Origin: Vulcanimicrobiota bacterium | Lineage (GTDB): Bacteria; Vulcanimicrobiota; Xenobia; Xenobiales; JADMJV01 | Assembly (NCBI GenBank): GCA_050250895.1 | Contig: JBFWNU010000007.1 | Span: forward strand, 224,001 to 288,000 | Length of the DNA: 64,000 bases | Direction of reading: 5' to 3' | Shown here: in pieces, positions 1-10,642 of the stretch | How positions within the stretch are numbered: the stretch's first letter is position 1 | How the letters are laid out: each line of letters starts with the position of its first letter | Notes under the pieces: model-generated | What the model was told of the DNA's origin: nothing | The model's input: the letters and a program-made list of their open reading frames with translations, nothing else | Databases searched by the model: none | Translations under genes and position numbers: made by a program

Positions 1-47
1 TTGCAGAGCGAAAGGAGTATCGGGGTCTCCGCCCTCGCTAGCAGGCC

Positions 48-476
48 GTGACCGACCCGCTGCTGTATTTTCTCAAATTTGGGCTGCTGGGCGGTCTGTA
101 CTTCTTTCTGTTCTGGTTGCTGCGCTTTCTGGTGCGCGATCTGGGGGGACGCTCGGTACCCTCCGGTCCTTCCAGTCAACTCTGGCTGGAGGTGGTCGAC
201 GGGCACGCCAGCGTCGAAAACCCCGCCCCGGTCGCCTTGAGCGACACCGTCACCATCGGGCGGGCGCCGGGCTGCCAGGTGCAGGTGCACGACCCTTTCT
301 GTTCGGCTCGTCACGCCCGCCTGGTGCCTCGCGATGGCGGCGTGGTGCTGGAGGACCTCGATAGCACCAATGGGGTTACCATCGACGGCCAAACGGTCGA
401 GAGTGGCTCACGCCTCAAGGTCGGTCAGCGATTTAGCATAGGAGAGGTCACCTTCGAGATAAAAAAAAAGCCCTGA
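48..476 (+). CDS. Membrane-anchored FHA-domain protein (FhaB/FipA-like)
   Basis: N-terminal TM segment; FHA motifs TIGR, SARHA and DLDSTNG; sits upstream of rodA-pbpA. Confidence 0.9.
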   Translation: MTDPLLYFLKFGLLGGLYFFLFWLLRFLVRDLGGRSVPSGPSSQLWLEVVDGHASVENPAPVALSDTVTIGRAPGCQVQVHDPFCSARHARLVPRDGGVVLEDLDSTNGVTIDGQTVESGSRLKVGQRFSIGEVTFEIKKKP

Positions 477-1702
477 GGCCAGCACGCGAGGCTGTCGGCC
501 TGCTGCTGGCCCAGGCGCTGACGGCCGGCGGCTTGCTGTTGGCCGAATTGGCCCAACCCGACAACGGGTCTGACCCGTGGGCTGCCTTTGGCGGGTTGAC
601 CGTGCTCTGGTGGTGCGTGTGGGCCATCCGCCGGCGTCTGGCCCGCCGCTCGGACCCGACCTTGCTTCCTCTTTGCTGCGCGCTCTCGGGTCTTGGTTGG
701 GTAGAGGTCTATCGCCTGGACCCCGATCTTGGCCTACGACAGGCAATGTGGTTGGCGCTGGGTCTGTTGGTGTTCGTGCTGACTCTCTGGTTGGTCCGGG
801 ATTTTCGGCGACTGGAAGACTTTCGCTACCTCTACTTCTTCGCCGGCATCGGGCTGCAACTGGCCGTGATGATTTTCGGGGTCGAGATCAATGGCGCTCG
901 ACTCTGGTTTCGCTTCGGCAGCCTGCAGTTTCAACCGGTCGAGGTGGTCAAGATCTTCATGATTTTGTTCTTGGCCGCCTATTTCCGCCGCTTTCGGCAG
1001 TGGATGCACTCAGACCGCCAAGGACGCCTGCCGCGCCGCGCTCTGCTGATGTTGGCCCTGGGTTGGATGGCCGCCCTGGGCGTGCTGGTTTTGCAGAAAG
1101 ACCTGGGAATGGCGCTGCTGTTTATGGGGGTCTTTCTGGCCATGTTCTACGTGGCTACCGGACGAGCCGAACTCGTCGGCGCAGCCGGGGCTCTTTTCGT
1201 GGTCGGGGCCGCAGTTGGCTATCGATTGTTCGGCCACGTGCGAGTGCGCGTTCAGGCCTGGCTCGACCCGTTCGCCCACGCCGAGACCGGAGGATACCAG
1301 ATGTGTCAGGCCCTCTTCAGTTTGAGTTGGGGTGGCCTTTTCGGGACCGGTCTGGGAATGGGCAAGCCGCAAATCGTTCCGGAAGCGGCCACCGACTTCA
1401 TTTTCGTGGCCCTGGCCGAGGAGTTGGGTCTGCTCGGGGCTGTGGCTATCCTGCTGTTTGTGCTGTTGTTGGTGCAGCGAGCCTGCCGCATCGCCATGGC
1501 GTGCCGCGATGAATTCAGCGCCCTGGTCGGCATCGGTCTGGCCACGCTGCTCGCCCTTCAAAGCCTGATTATCGTGGGTGGAACTCTCAAGGTCATTCCC
1601 ATGACCGGCATCACCTTGCCCTTCGTCTCTTACGGAGGCAGTTCGATGCTAGCCAATTTCTTGATCCTGGCCTTATTCGAAAGGCTGGCCGATGGAGATT
1701 AG
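473..1702 (+). CDS. rodA: FtsW/RodA/SpoVE family peptidoglycan polymerase (start uncertain: CTG 473, TTG 533, or frameshift fusion)
   Basis: Motifs INGARLW, QPVEVVK, QKDLG, TDFIF and TGITLPFVSYGGSS; frame open from 437. Confidence 0.9.
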   Translation: MRPAREAVGLLLAQALTAGGLLLAELAQPDNGSDPWAAFGGLTVLWWCVWAIRRRLARRSDPTLLPLCCALSGLGWVEVYRLDPDLGLRQAMWLALGLLVFVLTLWLVRDFRRLEDFRYLYFFAGIGLQLAVMIFGVEINGARLWFRFGSLQFQPVEVVKIFMILFLAAYFRRFRQWMHSDRQGRLPRRALLMLALGWMAALGVLVLQKDLGMALLFMGVFLAMFYVATGRAELVGAAGALFVVGAAVGYRLFGHVRVRVQAWLDPFAHAETGGYQMCQALFSLSWGGLFGTGLGMGKPQIVPEAATDFIFVALAEELGLLGAVAILLFVLLLVQRACRIAMACRDEFSALVGIGLATLLALQSLIIVGGTLKVIPMTGITLPFVSYGGSSMLANFLILALFERLADGD

Positions 1703-3023
1703 GGGCCGCATACGACATTTGTCCCTGGTGATGTTGGCCGCCTTTCTGGTCCCCATCTTCCAGCTCTGGAATTATCAGGTCTATCAAAAGGACTTGTTGG
1801 AGCGACATCCGGCCAACCCCCGACGTTCCGAAGACCTTTCCCTGAGGGGACGCATCCTCGACCGCAACGACCAGGTGTTGGCCGAGACCCGGGGCGACCG
1901 GCGCCACTATCCGCTGGGCCCGGCGGCGGCCGGGTTGGTGGGCTATTATCAGCGCCATCTCGGGAGGGCCGGCCTGGAGTTGGCCCTGGACTCCCAGTTG
2001 CAGGGCCGCTCGCGACCGCGCTCGCTGGCCGAAGCCTTGGAGCTGGCCAGGCGCAAGAGCCGTCATGGTGACGACCTGCGCATCACCCTTGACGCCAGGC
2101 TGCAGCGTCATCTCTATGAGGCGATGGCGGGTCGTCGGGGAGCGGTGGTGGTCCTCGACGTGACCAGTGGCGAGGTGCTGGCGGCCACGACTTTTCCCAG
2201 CTTCGAGCCCGAGGATCTGGCCGAAGATTGGAAGGCGCTCAACCAGGACAAGGATGCTCCGCTCATCGAGCGCGCCTCCCAGGGCCTCTACCCGCCTGGT
2301 TCGACGTTCAAAGTGATGATGGCGGCCGGCTTGCTGGACCGAGAGGGATTTTCTCCCCAGGCGACCTTCGATTGCCGAGGGGCCCTGGTGGTAGACGGCT
2401 TCGAGATTACCGACCATGGCCACGGCCGCGTGGATCTCTCGGAGGCGCTGGTCGAATCGTGCAACCTGTATTTCGCGGAATGGGGGCGAAAGATCGGGTT
2501 GGATGGCATCGCCGGGCTAATGATGCGTTTCCAACTGCTCGACGCCCCCGAGGGCGTGCCCGGTAGCAGCCAGGGCCATCTGCCGCGAGCCAAGCCTGGG
2601 CACGAGCAAGTGGCCGCCGCTCAAGCCGCCATCGGTCAGGCCGACATGCTGGTCACACCCCTGGCGATGGCCCGACTGGTCGCCATGATCGCGCGGGGCG
2701 GCGTCGACATCGAGCCCCACCTCATGGCCGCCGAGACCCGCCCCGAACGTTTGCTTTCAGAGCCGGATGCCGCTCTGATCGCGGGCGCCCTCGAGCAAGT
2801 CGTCTCCCGAGGAACTGCCCGATCCGTGGCGGGGAGTGGTTTGGCCGGCAAGACGGGTACGGCCGAGAACCCTCAGGGAGAACCGCACGCCTGGTTTGTC
2901 GGCTATGCACCGGTCAAAGAGCCCCGGGTGGCCGTGGCCGTCATCCTCGAAAACGGCGGCTACGGAGGCACTGCGGCCGCTCCTCTGGCCGCCGAAGCGG
3001 TACGCTTTGCTCTCGAAAAGTGA
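1692..3023 (+). CDS. Class B penicillin-binding protein (PbpA-like transpeptidase)
   Basis: PPGSTFK (SxxK), SCN (SxN) and GKTGTA motifs; N-terminal TM. Confidence 0.92.
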   Translation: MEIRGRIRHLSLVMLAAFLVPIFQLWNYQVYQKDLLERHPANPRRSEDLSLRGRILDRNDQVLAETRGDRRHYPLGPAAAGLVGYYQRHLGRAGLELALDSQLQGRSRPRSLAEALELARRKSRHGDDLRITLDARLQRHLYEAMAGRRGAVVVLDVTSGEVLAATTFPSFEPEDLAEDWKALNQDKDAPLIERASQGLYPPGSTFKVMMAAGLLDREGFSPQATFDCRGALVVDGFEITDHGHGRVDLSEALVESCNLYFAEWGRKIGLDGIAGLMMRFQLLDAPEGVPGSSQGHLPRAKPGHEQVAAAQAAIGQADMLVTPLAMARLVAMIARGGVDIEPHLMAAETRPERLLSEPDAALIAGALEQVVSRGTARSVAGSGLAGKTGTAENPQGEPHAWFVGYAPVKEPRVAVAVILENGGYGGTAAAPLAAEAVRFALEK

Positions 3024-3027
3024 GCGA

Positions 3028-4119
3028 CTAGGGGTGGAAGAAGAAGATCAGGGCGAAGAAGCAGTAGACGGCCAGGAACATGGCGCCTTCGAGCCAGTTT
3101 GACTCACCGTCGATCAGGGCGAAGCCCGCGATCGCCACGCCGGCCCCCAGGAATAGCAGTTCGAAGACGTTGAAGGTCAGCGTCATCGGATTGCCCATGA
3201 TGAACGAGGCGATGACCAGGACGGGGGCGACCATCAGCGCCACTTGCAGGCACGATCCCATGGCGATCTGGAAAGACAGGTCCATCTTGTTTTCTCGGGC
3301 TACCCAGATGGCCACCGAACCTTCGGCCGCATTGCCGACCACCGCCACCACCACCACGCCCACGAACAGCTTGCTGATATGCACGTGGACCAGCAGGGCT
3401 TCGATAGCCTCTACGAAGACGTCGCTGAGGTAGGCCACTGCCACGGTGGCAATCAGCAGAGTCACGATCGCCTGAGCTTTGCTCCACTCGGCCGTCTCGT
3501 GGTGGTTGTCATCAGGCATCAGCAAGAAGCGATGGGTTCGCAGGCTAAAAAGCAGGCTCAGCAGATAGATGAAGAGCAGTGTAATCGCGGCCGCCAGCGA
3601 GGCGTGCTCGGTCAGAGTCACGGCAGCCTCGGGAGTGAGTTCTTTGTCGACCCCGGTCGCGAAGGGAATGAAGCTGGGAACCACCAGGGTGATCAAGGTC
3701 AAGACCAGCATTCCGATGTTGACGCTGGCGCCGGTTTGCGAGAACTTCTGGGTAGAGTGCTTGAGTCCGCCGTAGAGCATCGAGGCTCCGAGCACCAGCA
3801 GCAAGTTGCCCAGAATCGAGCCGGTGATCGACGAGCGGACGATCTCATGCAGCCCTGCCCGCAGGGCAAAAAAGGCGATGATCAATTCGGTCACGTTGCC
3901 AAAGGTGGCGTTCATCAAGCCGCCCCAGACCGGACCCGCATAGATAGCGTATTCTTCGGTCGACTTGCCGATCAGGGTCACCGTGCCCAGAATGGTCGCA
4001 CAGCAACCGATAAAGAGTCCCCAATGACCACCCCATCCGGTAAGGTGCATTACGATGACCAGAGGCAGGCCCAGGCAAAGGGCCGAGGCTTTGGGGAGCG
4101 AGGACAAGAACTTCTTCAT
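3028..4119 (-). CDS. cax: Calcium/proton exchanger (CaCA family)
   Basis: Alpha repeats NATFGNVTE and GNAAEG; DGESNWLEG; about 11 TM segments. Confidence 0.9.
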   Translation of the reverse strand: MKKFLSSLPKASALCLGLPLVIVMHLTGWGGHWGLFIGCCATILGTVTLIGKSTEEYAIYAGPVWGGLMNATFGNVTELIIAFFALRAGLHEIVRSSITGSILGNLLLVLGASMLYGGLKHSTQKFSQTGASVNIGMLVLTLITLVVPSFIPFATGVDKELTPEAAVTLTEHASLAAAITLLFIYLLSLLFSLRTHRFLLMPDDNHHETAEWSKAQAIVTLLIATVAVAYLSDVFVEAIEALLVHVHISKLFVGVVVVAVVGNAAEGSVAIWVARENKMDLSFQIAMGSCLQVALMVAPVLVIASFIMGNPMTLTFNVFELLFLGAGVAIAGFALIDGESNWLEGAMFLAVYCFFALIFFFHP

Positions 4120-4213
4120 GGCCTGCGCTCATTCCCTATAAAGGGTTCTCCACCTGCTCAAAGGGCACGATGTGCTGATAGGAGCTCGGGCCCTCGGCGA
4201 GAATGAGGTGGCC

Positions 4214-4807
4214 ATGCTTGTCCGTATCTTGATTGCCGCCATCCTACTGGGGGGGACCTGCTGGGGGGCCGAGGGGACCACCGACTCGAGCCTGTTGAGT
4301 CAGCTCAACGCCGGTCGAAAAGACGAAGAGCGGCTGACACCCGAGTCGGTGTCTTTCGTGCGTCCTGCCGAGTTTCCGAATCTGGTGCTGGTGGGCTTCA
4401 GGCAGGGCAGTTCGAACTTCCTGCTGGGCACCATCTTTGTCGACGGCCGGGCCATGTCGCCCCGCGAGGCCTCGGCACTGGTCCTTTCGGCGGCGGGCTG
4501 GGGCAAGGATGAAGCCACCCGACTTGAATTGGCCAGGCTCTGGGTCGAGAAGGTCATGCTTGCCTATGGCGACCTGCTCGTGTCCGAGCACCCCGGCGGT
4601 CAGTTCGGCAAACGCGGAAATCCTGAATTTTCCCCACCTCATCTGCGGGCCACTCCCGACGGAGGGGTACGTTTCTCGGCCTGGATCGAGGAGCCGCAGG
4701 GCACCCAGGTGGGCCAGACCTATCGGCGCACCCTCTATCTCTTTAGTCCCGAGGGCGAGATGAACCGGGTGAAGATGCTCGAGCGCTTCTATCAGATGGA
4801 GGAGTGA
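4214..4807 (+). CDS. Hypothetical secreted protein
   Basis: SD GAGG before ATG 4214; signal peptide-like N-terminus; no family recognised. Confidence 0.7.
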   Translation: MLVRILIAAILLGGTCWGAEGTTDSSLLSQLNAGRKDEERLTPESVSFVRPAEFPNLVLVGFRQGSSNFLLGTIFVDGRAMSPREASALVLSAAGWGKDEATRLELARLWVEKVMLAYGDLLVSEHPGGQFGKRGNPEFSPPHLRATPDGGVRFSAWIEEPQGTQVGQTYRRTLYLFSPEGEMNRVKMLERFYQMEE

Positions 4808-5828
4808 GCCTGAGCACCTTGTGGGCAAACGAGGGTAGGGGAGTGTCGGCCAGGCGATGGCGAGGCACCCAGCGGGTCTCGCCCTCGGCTACGCCGTTGG
4901 CCGTCAGTTCGACCTGATAGACCAGGCAGCGAATGCGTCTGAAGGTGATCCCGTGGCGCACCTCGCCGAGCAGCGGGCCTACCCTGACTCGGGCCCAGCT
5001 AGAGAAAAGCTGTTCGAGTTTGACCTCGGCGGCCTCGGGATGGTCGATGTCGACGCTGGGCGGAACCCACATTTTCTCGAACAGCCCTTGCGGGGCTCGC
5101 ACCAGCAAGAGTTCGCCCGCCTGCTCGACCTGAGCGGCCACTCTCAGCACGTCCACGGTTTCTCGCTTCTTCCTGGGCGGCGGGATCGACTCGGCCAGAC
5201 CGAGCCGGCGGGCCAGGCAACCATTCCGCAGCGGACATTGCCGGCATTTGGGCTGGCGGGGGCGACAGACCAGCGCCCCCAATTCCATGACCGCCTGGGT
5301 GAAGTCGCCGGCCCGCTCGGGCGGGATGGCGGTTTGCACCGCCTGGACCAGCCGGCGACGCACGGCTACTCGTGCTGGATCCTCGGTCACGCCGTAGTAG
5401 CGAGCGAAGACCCGAATAGCATTCGTGTCGAGAGCCACGCACGGCTGGCCGAAGGCGATGCTGGCCACGGCAGCCGAGGTGTAGTCACCGATACCGGGAA
5501 GAGCAGCCAAAGCATCTCTACTCGGCGGAAAGCCGCCGCAGGCCACCAGAGCTTGCGCGGTTTCCCACAGACGGCGGGCCCGCGAGTAGTAGCCCAGGCC
5601 CGACCAGGTGGCCAGCACCTCTTCCAGGCTGGCTTGGGCCAGGGACTCGTAGGTGGGAAAACGCTCGGTGAAGCGAACAAAGTGGCCTTTCACGGCCTCG
5701 ACCTGGGTCTGTTGCAGCATGACCTCCGAGACCAGAATGGCGTACGGGTCGGAGGTGTTTCGCCAGGGTAGGTCGCGCCGGTTCTGGGTGTAGAAATCGA
5801 GTAAGGCTGCGACGTTCTGGGGCACCAT
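4743..5828 (-). CDS. mutY: A/G-specific adenine glycosylase
   Basis: RDLPWR, SEVMLQQT, WSGLGYY, HhH motif LPGIGDYT, Fe-S cysteine cluster CRPRQPKCRQCPLRNGC. Confidence 0.95.
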   Translation of the reverse strand: MVPQNVAALLDFYTQNRRDLPWRNTSDPYAILVSEVMLQQTQVEAVKGHFVRFTERFPTYESLAQASLEEVLATWSGLGYYSRARRLWETAQALVACGGFPPSRDALAALPGIGDYTSAAVASIAFGQPCVALDTNAIRVFARYYGVTEDPARVAVRRRLVQAVQTAIPPERAGDFTQAVMELGALVCRPRQPKCRQCPLRNGCLARRLGLAESIPPPRKKRETVDVLRVAAQVEQAGELLLVRAPQGLFEKMWVPPSVDIDHPEAAEVKLEQLFSSWARVRVGPLLGEVRHGITFRRIRCLVYQVELTANGVAEGETRWVPRHRLADTPLPSFAHKVLRLTPPSDRSARASSPGSSRPRD

Positions 5829-5952
5829 GCAATCGCCCCGCTTCGTCCTGCTAGCAACGTGTTCCCCCATCGAAAACCGCCACCTTTCACGAAGGTCCGG
5901 AAAGGTGGCGGGTAGAATATCGGCAAGGACGCGCAAACAAAAGGAGTGCATA

Positions 5953-7065
5953 ATGGATACAACGATGGGTCAAGAAAATGTGCTGGAGGCTGGTGTCCTT
6001 TCAATCGACGACCTCCTACACCTGATGGTGGAGCGTGGCGCCTCCGACCTGCATATCAAGCAGGGTAGCGCACCCATGATTCGTGTCGACGGCGAGTTGA
6101 CCCCGGCGACGTACGAAATCCTCACCGCCGACGCCGTGCGCGCGATGTGCGAAAGTATCCTTACCGACGAGCAAAAGGCGAAGTTCATCGCCGAGAAAGA
6201 GCTCGATCTGGCCTATTCGGTGCCCGGACTCTCCCGTTTCCGCGTAAATATTTACCTGCAGCGCGGCACCTGGGGCAGCGCCCTTCGTGTGATTCCCGCT
6301 CGCCCGCTGAGTCTCGACGAGTTGAAGATGCCCCCGATCATCAAAGATCTGGCTCTTCGTCCGCGTGGTCTGTGCCTGGTGACCGGGCCTACGGGTTCGG
6401 GCAAGTCGACCACCCTGGCCGCCATGGTCAACCATATCAACGAGAACAAGCGCTGCCACATCGTGACCATCGAAGACCCGATCGAGTTCCTGCACAAGGA
6501 CAAGAACTGCGTCATCTCGCAGCGCGAGGTGGGCTTCGACACCCACAGCTTCTACAACGCTCTCAAACACGTGTTGCGTCAAGACCCCGACGTCATCCTC
6601 ATCGGTGAGATGCGTGACCTCGAGACCACGGCCATCGCGATCTCGGCCGCGGAAACCGGCCACATGGTGTTCGCTACCTTGCACACCAACTCGGCGGCCA
6701 CCACGGTCGATCGTATCATCGACATTTTCCCCCCTCACCAACAGGCCCAGATTCGAATGCAGCTGTCGGTGACCCTCGAAGGAATTCTCTGTCAAACCCT
6801 GGTCCCGAAAGCCAAGGGCGGTGGACGCGTCATGGCGATGGAAATCATGCCGGTAATTCCGGCCGTGCGAAACATCATTCGTGAAGGAAAAAGCCACCAG
6901 ATTCCAAACGCCATTATGTCGGGTAGTCAATGGGGCATGCTCAGCATGGACATGGCTCTTCGAAACCTGTATCAGCAGGGGCTGATTACTTACGAAGATG
7001 CCGTGGCCAAGTCGTCTAGCGCCGAAGAGTTCAACCGACTCGTCGGCGGTGGGGGCCCGCAGTAG
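5953..7065 (+). CDS. pilT: Type IV pilus retraction ATPase
   Basis: ASDLH, GPTGSGKST, TIEDPIE, RQDPDVILIGEMRD, TLHT, AVRNIIRE. Confidence 0.95.
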   Translation: MDTTMGQENVLEAGVLSIDDLLHLMVERGASDLHIKQGSAPMIRVDGELTPATYEILTADAVRAMCESILTDEQKAKFIAEKELDLAYSVPGLSRFRVNIYLQRGTWGSALRVIPARPLSLDELKMPPIIKDLALRPRGLCLVTGPTGSGKSTTLAAMVNHINENKRCHIVTIEDPIEFLHKDKNCVISQREVGFDTHSFYNALKHVLRQDPDVILIGEMRDLETTAIAISAAETGHMVFATLHTNSAATTVDRIIDIFPPHQQAQIRMQLSVTLEGILCQTLVPKAKGGGRVMAMEIMPVIPAVRNIIREGKSHQIPNAIMSGSQWGMLSMDMALRNLYQQGLITYEDAVAKSSSAEEFNRLVGGGGPQ

Positions 7066-7093
7066 CCGCGATTTCCCGGCTTGACCGTGCAGT

Positions 7094-7121
7094 GACCCGC
7101 TCCGGCGGGTCCATCTATTTT
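7094..7121 (+). terminator. Possible weak terminator or RNA-stabilising hairpin between the two pilT-family genes
   Basis: GACCCGC-TCCG-GCGGGTC followed by CATCTATTTT. Confidence 0.35.
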
Positions 7122-7144
7122 CAATCAGGAGGCAACCGAGTCGC

Positions 7145-8215
7145 ATGAATGTTGAAGAACTGTTCACAACGATGGTGGAGCAGCGGGCTTCGCATATCCA
7201 CCTGGTCCCGGGCAGTCCCATCATGATGCGTCGCAACAATCGGCTCGAACCCATGGGTGGGCACATTCTCTCCCCAGACGAGACCAGGGTTGCTGCCGAA
7301 GCGATGATGACCGAGGTCCTCCTCGAAGAGTTCTACGAAAACATGGAGACCGACTTCTCGTTCTCGGTCCCCGGCCTTTCACGTTTTCGTATCAACTGTT
7401 TTCGTCAGCGCGGCTCGGTGGCGGTGGTGATTTCGACCAATCCTCCCGCGCCGCCCCGGATGGAAGAGCTAAACCTGCCGGATGTGGTGAAAAAGATCGT
7501 GGCCGAATCGGGTAGCGGCGGCATGATCATGATTACCGGCCCCAAGTCGTCGGGCAAAGCCCACACGCTGGCCGCTCTGGTGAGCAACCTGCTCGAATAC
7601 CAACAGTGTCAAATCGTTTCTATCGAGAATCCCATCGACTTTCTGCACAAGAATCGCCGCGGCGTGATCTGTCAGCGCGAGATCGGTACCGACTGCCTGT
7701 CTTATGAGTCGGCCTTTAAATCGTTGCTTTATCAGGGCGCCGACATCGTGGTGGTGACCGGCGTCGACGAGTTCTTCGTGGTCGACCGCGTCCTCAACAT
7801 GGCCGCTGGTGGCAACCTGGTGCTGTGCACGGCCAACTCGCCCAGTGCCCTGGTTTTGCTCGAGAAGATGGTGGATATGTATCCCCCCCACTTGCATCAA
7901 CAGGCTCGCACTTTGCTGTCGGTGGGTTTGCGGGCTTGCATTTCTCAGACGCTGCTACCGCGCGCCTCGGGTGATGGCTTGATTCCGGCCTTCGAGGTTT
8001 GCCTTGGCACGCCGCAGGTGGCCTCGCTCATCCGCGAGGGAAAATTCTTCCAGATTGGTAGCGTCATGGCGACCTCCGGCCGCGAGGTGGGCATGTCCAG
8101 TCAAGAGATGGCCTTGCGGGCCCTGGTCAAGAAGAACATGGTCACCGAAGAAGAGGCTTATCGTCGCGCCTTGAGCCCCGAGGCTTTCCGCAAGATGATG
8201 TCGCTGCCGTACTAG
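7145..8215 (+). CDS. PilT/PilU family ATPase paralogue with degenerate catalytic motifs
   Basis: Collinear with upstream PilT ([15 protein letters not shown]), but has [24 protein letters not shown] and TANS. Confidence 0.85.
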   Translation: MNVEELFTTMVEQRASHIHLVPGSPIMMRRNNRLEPMGGHILSPDETRVAAEAMMTEVLLEEFYENMETDFSFSVPGLSRFRINCFRQRGSVAVVISTNPPAPPRMEELNLPDVVKKIVAESGSGGMIMITGPKSSGKAHTLAALVSNLLEYQQCQIVSIENPIDFLHKNRRGVICQREIGTDCLSYESAFKSLLYQGADIVVVTGVDEFFVVDRVLNMAAGGNLVLCTANSPSALVLLEKMVDMYPPHLHQQARTLLSVGLRACISQTLLPRASGDGLIPAFEVCLGTPQVASLIREGKFFQIGSVMATSGREVGMSSQEMALRALVKKNMVTEEEAYRRALSPEAFRKMMSLPY

Positions 8216-8217
8216 TT

Positions 8218-9495
8218 ATGCTCGATCCAAAACTCGTTCGCAACCAGCCGGAACAACTGGTGGAGGCTTTGCGCCGTCGCCGGATGGACACCGATGTCGT
8301 AGAGACCCTGCGCAAACTCGACGAAGAGCGTCGCGACCTGATTCAGAAGGCCGACGAACTCAAGCAGCAGCGCAATGTCGTTTCCAAGGAACTGGGTGAC
8401 CGCAAGAAGGCCGGCGAAGACATCTCGGAGCAAGCCTCGCGTATGCGCGAGGTCGGCAACGAGATCAAGGCCATCGACGCCCGTCGCACCGAAGCCGAGG
8501 CAGAGTTTACCTCGATTCTCGAGCGTTTGCCGAACCTGCCCGACGCCAGTGTGCCCAGCGGTGAGTCGGCCGACGACAATGTCGAGGTTCGTCGCTGGGG
8601 AGAACCCAAAGTCTTTGATTTTGAGGCCAAGGCCCATTGGGACCTGGGCGAGGAACTGGCTATTCTCGACTTCAAGCAGGCTGCCAAGATTTCCGGCTCC
8701 CGTTTCTGGGTGTTGCGCGGCGCGGGGGCGCGGCTCGAGCGGGCGCTGATCACGTTCATGCTCGATCTTCATACCCGCGAGCACGGCTATACCGAGATTC
8801 TGGCCCCGGCTCTGGTGACCGGTAGCACCCTCTACGGCACCGGGCAACTGCCCAAGTTTGCCGACGAGTTGTTTCACTGCGAGGGCACCGACCTCTATCT
8901 GATCCCGACCTCCGAGGTGTCCATCACCAGCATTCACGGCGGAGACATTCTCGAGAAAGACTCGCTGCCGCTTCATTACACCGGTTTTAGCCCCTGTTTT
9001 CGGGCCGAGGCGGGCGCGGCCGGCAAGGACACCCGGGGACTGGTTCGGGTGCACCAGTTCCACAAAGTGGAGATGATCAAGCTGACGCTCCCCGAGAACT
9101 CTTTTGACGAGCTCGAGGCCATGGTCAGAAATGCCGAAAAGGTGTTGCAGTTGCTAGAGATCCCGCATCGGGTGGTGGCCTTGTGCGACGCCGACATGGG
9201 ATTCGGAGCGGCCAAGACCTACGACATCGAGTTCTGGTCGCCCCCCCAGGATCGTTGGATCGAAATCTCTTCGTGCTCGAACTGCACCGACTTTCAGGCT
9301 CGCCGAGCCGCCATTCGTTACAAGCAGCCGGGCAACCCCACCGAGTTCGTACATACCCTGAACGGTTCGGGGCTGGCGGTCGGACGCACGATGGTGGCCA
9401 TTCTCGAGAATTACCAGCAGGCCGATGGATCGGTGGTGATCCCTGAGGCTCTTCGCCCCTACATGGGAGGTCAGGAAAAGCTGACACGTGGCTAG
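8218..9495 (+). CDS. serS: Seryl-tRNA synthetase
   Basis: N-terminal coiled coil; [39 protein letters not shown]. Confidence 0.98.
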   Translation: MLDPKLVRNQPEQLVEALRRRRMDTDVVETLRKLDEERRDLIQKADELKQQRNVVSKELGDRKKAGEDISEQASRMREVGNEIKAIDARRTEAEAEFTSILERLPNLPDASVPSGESADDNVEVRRWGEPKVFDFEAKAHWDLGEELAILDFKQAAKISGSRFWVLRGAGARLERALITFMLDLHTREHGYTEILAPALVTGSTLYGTGQLPKFADELFHCEGTDLYLIPTSEVSITSIHGGDILEKDSLPLHYTGFSPCFRAEAGAAGKDTRGLVRVHQFHKVEMIKLTLPENSFDELEAMVRNAEKVLQLLEIPHRVVALCDADMGFGAAKTYDIEFWSPPQDRWIEISSCSNCTDFQARRAAIRYKQPGNPTEFVHTLNGSGLAVGRTMVAILENYQQADGSVVIPEALRPYMGGQEKLTRG

Positions 9496-10642
9496 GTCCC
9501 TGGGTGGACCGGTCGACGTGGCCGTGGTAGGGGCCGGTATCACGGGTCTCGCCACGGCCCTTTTCTTGCGCCGGTCTGGAGCTTCGGTGGCTGTCTTCGA
9601 GGCCGGCCCTGTAGCGATCGCCGGCTCGGCTCGCAACGCTGGAGTGGTGGTCCCGGGTCTCAACGAACATTACCACACCCTGGTAGAAGCTCTAGGTCGT
9701 GAGGTGGCCCGCCAATGGTGGGAATTTTCGGCTGCGGGCATCGCGGCCCTGGACGGATTGGCGCTGGAGGTGCAAGAACCCACCTGGCGCCGCGGGGCGG
9801 CTATGCTGTTGGCCGCCAATTCCGCCGAGTTGGCCGAAATGACCGGTTCCTCTCGCGAGTTGGCCGAGGACGGCTTCGAGTTTCGTCTGATGGGCGCCGG
9901 GGCCGCCAGCAACTATGTGCCGGTAGGGGAGTGTGAAGGGGCCTCGTTTTTCTCCGGCTCGGCCTGCTTCGAGGCGGCCGGCTTCCTGCGCCGCCTGGCT
10001 CAGACGTTTTTGGATGGGGGAGGGTCTCTCTTCGATTCGACCCCTGTGCTCGAAGTCAACGCGGGACAGGCCGTCGAGCTACTCACGCAGGCCGGCACTC
10101 TACAAGCTGAAGTGGTGGTTCTGGCGGCCGGTGCGCATTCGTTGGAACTGGTGGGGCACCGGCAGAGAGAGTTGATCTTTCCGTTGAGGGGCCAGGCCTT
10201 TGTGACCGCCCCGGTGCGCCAGGGCCCGCGCAGTTCGGTGGTGGCGGTCCTGGCGAATCGTGGTCACGAGGTCTATCGCAGCACTAGCAGTCAGGCAGTG
10301 GTAGTGAGCGGTATCAATCCCGGCTCCGGACCAAAAGAGAAGACGGACCAGGCAGAGGTCGATTTGATCTTTCAACAATATCTCGAGGAGGTCGCTGGTC
10401 GCCGGCTGTCCGAGATCGCCCTGGTCGAGGTTGGCCAACGCTGGGCCGAAGTGCACACCTTTTCGGTCGATGGTCTGCCGCTGATCGGGTCCTTGCCCGG
10501 CCAGCACAAAGTCTTCGTGGCGACAGGCTTTAGCAATCGTGCCTGGTCACTGGGAGTGGCCGCCGCCCAGGCTCTGGCCGAACAGCTCGCCGGCCAGAGC
10601 AACCGGCTGCCCCCTGGTTGCTCGCCTCGGCGATTTTTATGA
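9488..10642 (+). CDS. FAD-dependent oxidoreductase (DAO/PuuB-like)
   Basis: VVGAGITG Rossmann motif; GSARNAG; DGLPLIG. Confidence 0.85.
   Translation: MARSLGGPVDVAVVGAGITGLATALFLRRSGASVAVFEAGPVAIAGSARNAGVVVPGLNEHYHTLVEALGREVARQWWEFSAAGIAALDGLALEVQEPTWRRGAAMLLAANSAELAEMTGSSRELAEDGFEFRLMGAGAASNYVPVGECEGASFFSGSACFEAAGFLRRLAQTFLDGGGSLFDSTPVLEVNAGQAVELLTQAGTLQAEVVVLAAGAHSLELVGHRQRELIFPLRGQAFVTAPVRQGPRSSVVAVLANRGHEVYRSTSSQAVVVSGINPGSGPKEKTDQAEVDLIFQQYLEEVAGRRLSEIALVEVGQRWAEVHTFSVDGLPLIGSLPGQHKVFVATGFSNRAWSLGVAAAQALAEQLAGQSNRLPPGCSPRRFL

Noticed and set aside
1-51. 3' end of an upstream ORF overlapping the FHA start (GTGA)
   Set aside because: Only 16 codons are visible, too few to identify.
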